Below are positions 5,112-7,505 of a stretch of DNA of 7,505 nt, one piece after another. The DNA comes from Candidatus Woesearchaeota archaeon. GTDB taxonomy: Archaea > Nanobdellota > Nanobdellia > Nanobdellales > Nanobdellaceae. Under the pieces are notes generated by a model, which had not been told where the DNA came from, made no database searches, and was given only the letters and a program-made list of their open reading frames with translations. Numbering within the stretch: the stretch's first letter is position 1; each line of letters starts with the position of its first letter. The position numbers and the translations under genes are program-made. The stretch lies in the NCBI GenBank assembly GCA_964468425.1, contig CAYXSZ010000069.1, positions 1-7,505 on the forward strand. The letters are read 5' to 3'.

Positions 5112-6155
5112 ATGGCTTTCGATATAATCGGAGACATCGCGATCCTAAAACCTCCTCTTAAGATGTCTGAGGAAGAGTATATCAAATATATTCAAGAAAA
5201 ACACAAATATATTCAAACAATTTTGCTCCAGGAAACGGACGTTTTACCTCCTTATCGCGTCCCTAAGTATAAAATTCTTTGGGGAGAGAACAAAACCGAG
5301 ACTGTTCATAAAGAATACGGTTTGAGGTTTAAAGTAGATGTTGTTCGAGCTTATTATTCGCCTAGGCTTGCAGAAGAGAGAAAGAGAATCGCAAGCCAAG
5401 TTAAAGATGGTGAAAAAGTTTTAGTTATGTTTGCAGGAGTCAACCCTTACTCAGTTTACATTGCAAAATATGCAAATCCTGAAATCATTTATGCTGTTGA
5501 GTTAAATCCCTTTGCTTTTAAGTATGCTTTTGAGAATGCTAAGTTAAACAAAGTTGAAAGTAAAATTACAACTATCTTGGGAGATGTGAGAAAAGTAGCA
5601 CCTTTTATTCAAGTTTTATCAAACAAGGACGCAGTTGTTCACTGCAAGCGAGATTACCTTTTAGACCTGCTCGATGCAAATCCAGAAATCAATAGGTGTT
5701 TTCTGGTAGGCTTTGACGAAGCCTACTATGATTTGGTTGAAAAAATAAGAGCTAGGAAAAAATACTTGGTTGTTTACGAGGACTTAGACTATGCGCAGTT
5801 CGATGGAGTCTTACTAAACCAAGACAACCTAGTTCTTCGAGACTACGAAGAAAATTCTCATATAGAGTTCGAAAAATTCGGCATCGAATTCGATCGGATC
5901 ATTATGCCTCTTCCAAAAGAAGCTGACACTTTCCTAGACGTCGCGATCCCATTGATAAAGGAAGGTGGAACAATCCACTTATATCAATTCTTTTTCGAAG
6001 AAGAAATTCCTGAAAAAGCTAGAGAAATTTTAGATAAATATTCGAAGCTTTTGAAATTCGAGTACGAGATTTTAAATGTTCGAAGGGTTGGAGATATAGC
6101 TCCTAGACAGTATAGAGTTTGCATAGACTTCAAAGTTACTCAAAAGCTTTTCTAA
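5112..6155 (+). CDS. trm5: Trm5/TYW2 (Met-10+ like, COG2520) family tRNA methyltransferase, lacking domain D1 and carrying an internal insertion of about 95 aa
   Basis: FDIIGDIAIL marks the D2 domain start. WGENKTETVHKEYGLRFKVDVVRAYYSPRLAEERKRIA is the family signature. VLVMFAGVNPYS is SAM motif I, IYAVELNP is motif II, ILGDVRKV is motif III, and FDRIIMPLPKEADTFLD is the motif IV region. GGTIHLYQF and APRQYRVCIDFKV follow. By recollection of M. jannaschii Trm5, ILSDVREVDVKGNRVIMNLPKFAHKFID is collinear with this protein except for residues about 164-259. Confidence 0.85.
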   Translation: MAFDIIGDIAILKPPLKMSEEEYIKYIQEKHKYIQTILLQETDVLPPYRVPKYKILWGENKTETVHKEYGLRFKVDVVRAYYSPRLAEERKRIASQVKDGEKVLVMFAGVNPYSVYIAKYANPEIIYAVELNPFAFKYAFENAKLNKVESKITTILGDVRKVAPFIQVLSNKDAVVHCKRDYLLDLLDANPEINRCFLVGFDEAYYDLVEKIRARKKYLVVYEDLDYAQFDGVLLNQDNLVLRDYEENSHIEFEKFGIEFDRIIMPLPKEADTFLDVAIPLIKEGGTIHLYQFFFEEEIPEKAREILDKYSKLLKFEYEILNVRRVGDIAPRQYRVCIDFKVTQKLF

Positions 6156-7185
6156 TCTCCCGAGCAGTTTCCTTTGGTAGAGTATAGGCTAGCTTTTCCA
6201 AGTGAAGAGTCTCCAAATACCCTTCAGCAGTCGTTCCTTGTTCTGAGGAAAACCTTGAAGCTATTCGTATTATTGGATAAACTCCAGGCTCTTTAACAAA
6301 CGTAGAGTCTATTATACTCATGTTAAATGCAATCAGATCTAAGGTATTTATATATTTGACTAAGAATTCGTACAATTCTTTAACGAAACCTTCTAAGTTG
6401 ATTTCTGCCATATTGAAGATTCCAAAGCTTTTAACAAGTCCAAGTACATCGTGATGTCCAAAGGGAGAAAAACTAGCAACCCAATCTATGAATTTCCCCG
6501 AGTAAATCACCCTATCTTTAAAGTTTAACTCGGATTGCACATAGTCTTCGACCAGCGAACTCTTAAATCGTGCAAAGTGTTCCTTAGTCTTCTCAAGCAA
6601 GATCCTATGATAGTTTGTTGGAATGGTATTTTGTTCTATTTGGAAATGTAAATGTTGCTGAGATGCTCCCGCGAGTAAAGTGTGATTCAAGTGGATGTAA
6701 ACGAATTTGGAACTTGAATCGTTTCTGTAGTTGGAGCTTACGAACTCTTTTATAAGCTTAAAAGAGATTATGAGATCGTAAACTGGGATTTCGTCTATGA
6801 ACTCCGCGTGCTTTTCAACGGTTGGTATCACTATTGCATGATATTTAGAGTACAACTTATCGGGTACGAATAAGATGGAATTCTGTCTTGATAACTTGGA
6901 TATCTTGAACCTATTGTCTATAGAGAGTCTTAAGAGTTTGTTTATGTTTTGCTTACAAAAGGGACAAGTTTTGTCGGCGCTAATCATCAAGATGTACTCA
7001 GATTTGTTAATTTTTCTCACCTTCTTGAAGGGATTTATCTTGTTCCAGAAGCCAGTAATCGGATCCTTTCGAAGTTCTAGGTATTCTGGGCGAATAGCGT
7101 CGTCCCCAGGCTCGATGCAATGATAAGGGATGATAACTCGCTCAAAGGGAAGGGAATTTTTACCATATTGGAGTTCCCTTTCCAT
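6136..7185 (-). CDS. galT: Galactose-1-phosphate uridylyltransferase-like nucleotidyltransferase (GalT branch of the HIT superfamily)
   Basis: LRKDPITGFWNKINPFKKVR corresponds to RYNPLTGxW...P.R..RP. CPFC is the zinc CxxC motif. AGASQQHLHFQI corresponds to the active-site GxSxxHxHxQ. LVEDYVQSEL corresponds to MLVDYVQREL. WVASFSPFG and the C-terminal GYLETL...LPKETAREIRKA correspond to GYEML...LTAEQAAERLRA. The protein is collinear with GalT over the full length. Confidence 0.8.
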   Translation of the reverse strand: MERELQYGKNSLPFERVIIPYHCIEPGDDAIRPEYLELRKDPITGFWNKINPFKKVRKINKSEYILMISADKTCPFCKQNINKLLRLSIDNRFKISKLSRQNSILFVPDKLYSKYHAIVIPTVEKHAEFIDEIPVYDLIISFKLIKEFVSSNYRNDSSSKFVYIHLNHTLLAGASQQHLHFQIEQNTIPTNYHRILLEKTKEHFARFKSSLVEDYVQSELNFKDRVIYSGKFIDWVASFSPFGHHDVLGLVKSFGIFNMAEINLEGFVKELYEFLVKYINTLDLIAFNMSIIDSTFVKEPGVYPIIRIASRFSSEQGTTAEGYLETLHLEKLAYTLPKETAREIRKAFE

Positions 7186-7210
7186 TAGAATATCAATGAG
7201 CCTTGAAAGA

Positions 7211-7218
7211 TTTTAATA
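7211..7218. promoter_or_regulatory. Shared or bidirectional TATA box (TTTTAATA / TATTAAAA) between the galT-like gene and tRNA-Ala
   Basis: The centre at about 7214.5 is 26-27 nt from the mature tRNA 5' end (7241). It is about 29 nt from the ATG of the divergent gene (7185). A purine-rich BRE-like gaaaga sits immediately 5' on the plus strand. Confidence 0.5.
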
Positions 7219-7240
7219 GATGAACTGCAAGGAGTTTAAA

Positions 7241-7312
7241 GGGCCCGTGGTCTAGCGGTAGGACGCCGGACTCGCTATCCGGAGATCCCGGGTTCGAATC
7301 CCGGCGGGTCCA
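7241..7312 (+). tRNA. tRNA-Ala (anticodon CGC), 72 nt, no encoded CCA, no intron
   Basis: Hand-folded cloverleaf: acceptor GGGCCCG/CGGGTCC with the G3:U70 alanine identity pair and A73. D arm GTCT-AGCGGTA-GGAC. Anticodon arm CCGGA-CTCGCTA-TCCGG. Variable loop AGATC. T arm CCGGG-TTCGAAT-CCCGG. The sequence after A73 is TTC, so CCA is not encoded. Confidence 0.95.
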
Positions 7313-7505
7313 TTCCCTTCAATAAAATTAAGCAAAACGCATCGCTACATTAAACCAGCAAAGTAAGTTTCAGACGATGTTGGCACTCGAACTCCTCATC
7401 ATTTTATTAGACTTCCAAAAAATGTGTCGTGGCAATTGAAGGTTAAAACAATTCTAGAGAACATTTCTGCCTTTTTTCTGAGAACAGAGCTCATCATTAT
7501 ATTCA

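Noticed and set aside
5601-5888. Possibility that the Trm5 insertion is an intein
   Set aside because: At about 95 aa it is too short even for a mini-intein. It has no Cys/Ser at the N-terminal junction, no terminal His-Asn followed by Cys/Ser/Thr, and no recognisable splicing blocks.
6875-7123. Plus-strand 82-aa ORF
   Set aside because: It is antisense to the GalT-like CDS, covering the CPFC zinc-motif region. It is an L/S/F-rich shadow frame.
7399-7505. Minus-strand frame open from the right window edge to TGA at 7401-7399 (..NIMMSSVLRKKAEMFSRIVLTFNCHDTFFGSLIK*), and a second frame ending at 7454
   Set aside because: This could be the C-terminus of a gene lying beyond the window or a 33-codon ORF. 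With 35 or fewer codons and no motifs, it cannot be supported as a CDS.
1-7505. Mobile elements, CRISPR arrays, long direct or inverted repeats, and defence or toxin-antitoxin modules
   Set aside because: I found no repeat-spacer periodicity, no transposase or integrase-like ORFs, no terminal inverted repeats, no tRNA-flanking att-like duplication and no nuclease or ATPase defence signatures. The window reads as core housekeeping sequence.

Overview
This is a compact, AT-rich, almost fully coding archaeal housekeeping locus. GC is roughly one third by eye. GC-rich tRNA stems and K/E/I/Y-rich proteins suggest a hyperthermophile with a reduced genome, possibly Nanoarchaeota/DPANN-like, but that is inference I cannot confirm without a database search. 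From left to right the window holds: (1) the 5' part of leuS on the minus strand, running off the left edge and absent from the supplied ORF track; (2) an orphan ORF of about 171-188 aa; (3) a tightly coupled plus-strand operon of rps3ae, a minimal SPOUT methyltransferase, a 382-aa C-terminal fragment of GatE, a TtuA/NcsA-type PP-loop tRNA thiolase and a Trp-rich 4-TM protein; (4) a separately promoted Trm5/TYW2-family methyltransferase; (5) a convergent GalT-like HIT nucleotidyltransferase; (6) tRNA-Ala(CGC). The most notable observations are: gatE is present only as its C-terminal half, which looks like a split gene. A canonical C/D box sRNA (C-12nt-D'-3nt-C'-12nt-D) lies unannotated on the minus strand at 5036-5084. 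The Trm5 homolog has an insertion of about 95 aa in its catalytic domain. Every transcription unit has an A/T box about 26-27 nt upstream of its start, implying leaderless mRNAs, and one box is shared by the tRNA and the divergent gene. I saw no mobile elements, CRISPR arrays or recognisable defence or toxin genes. All homology calls rest on motif recognition by eye.
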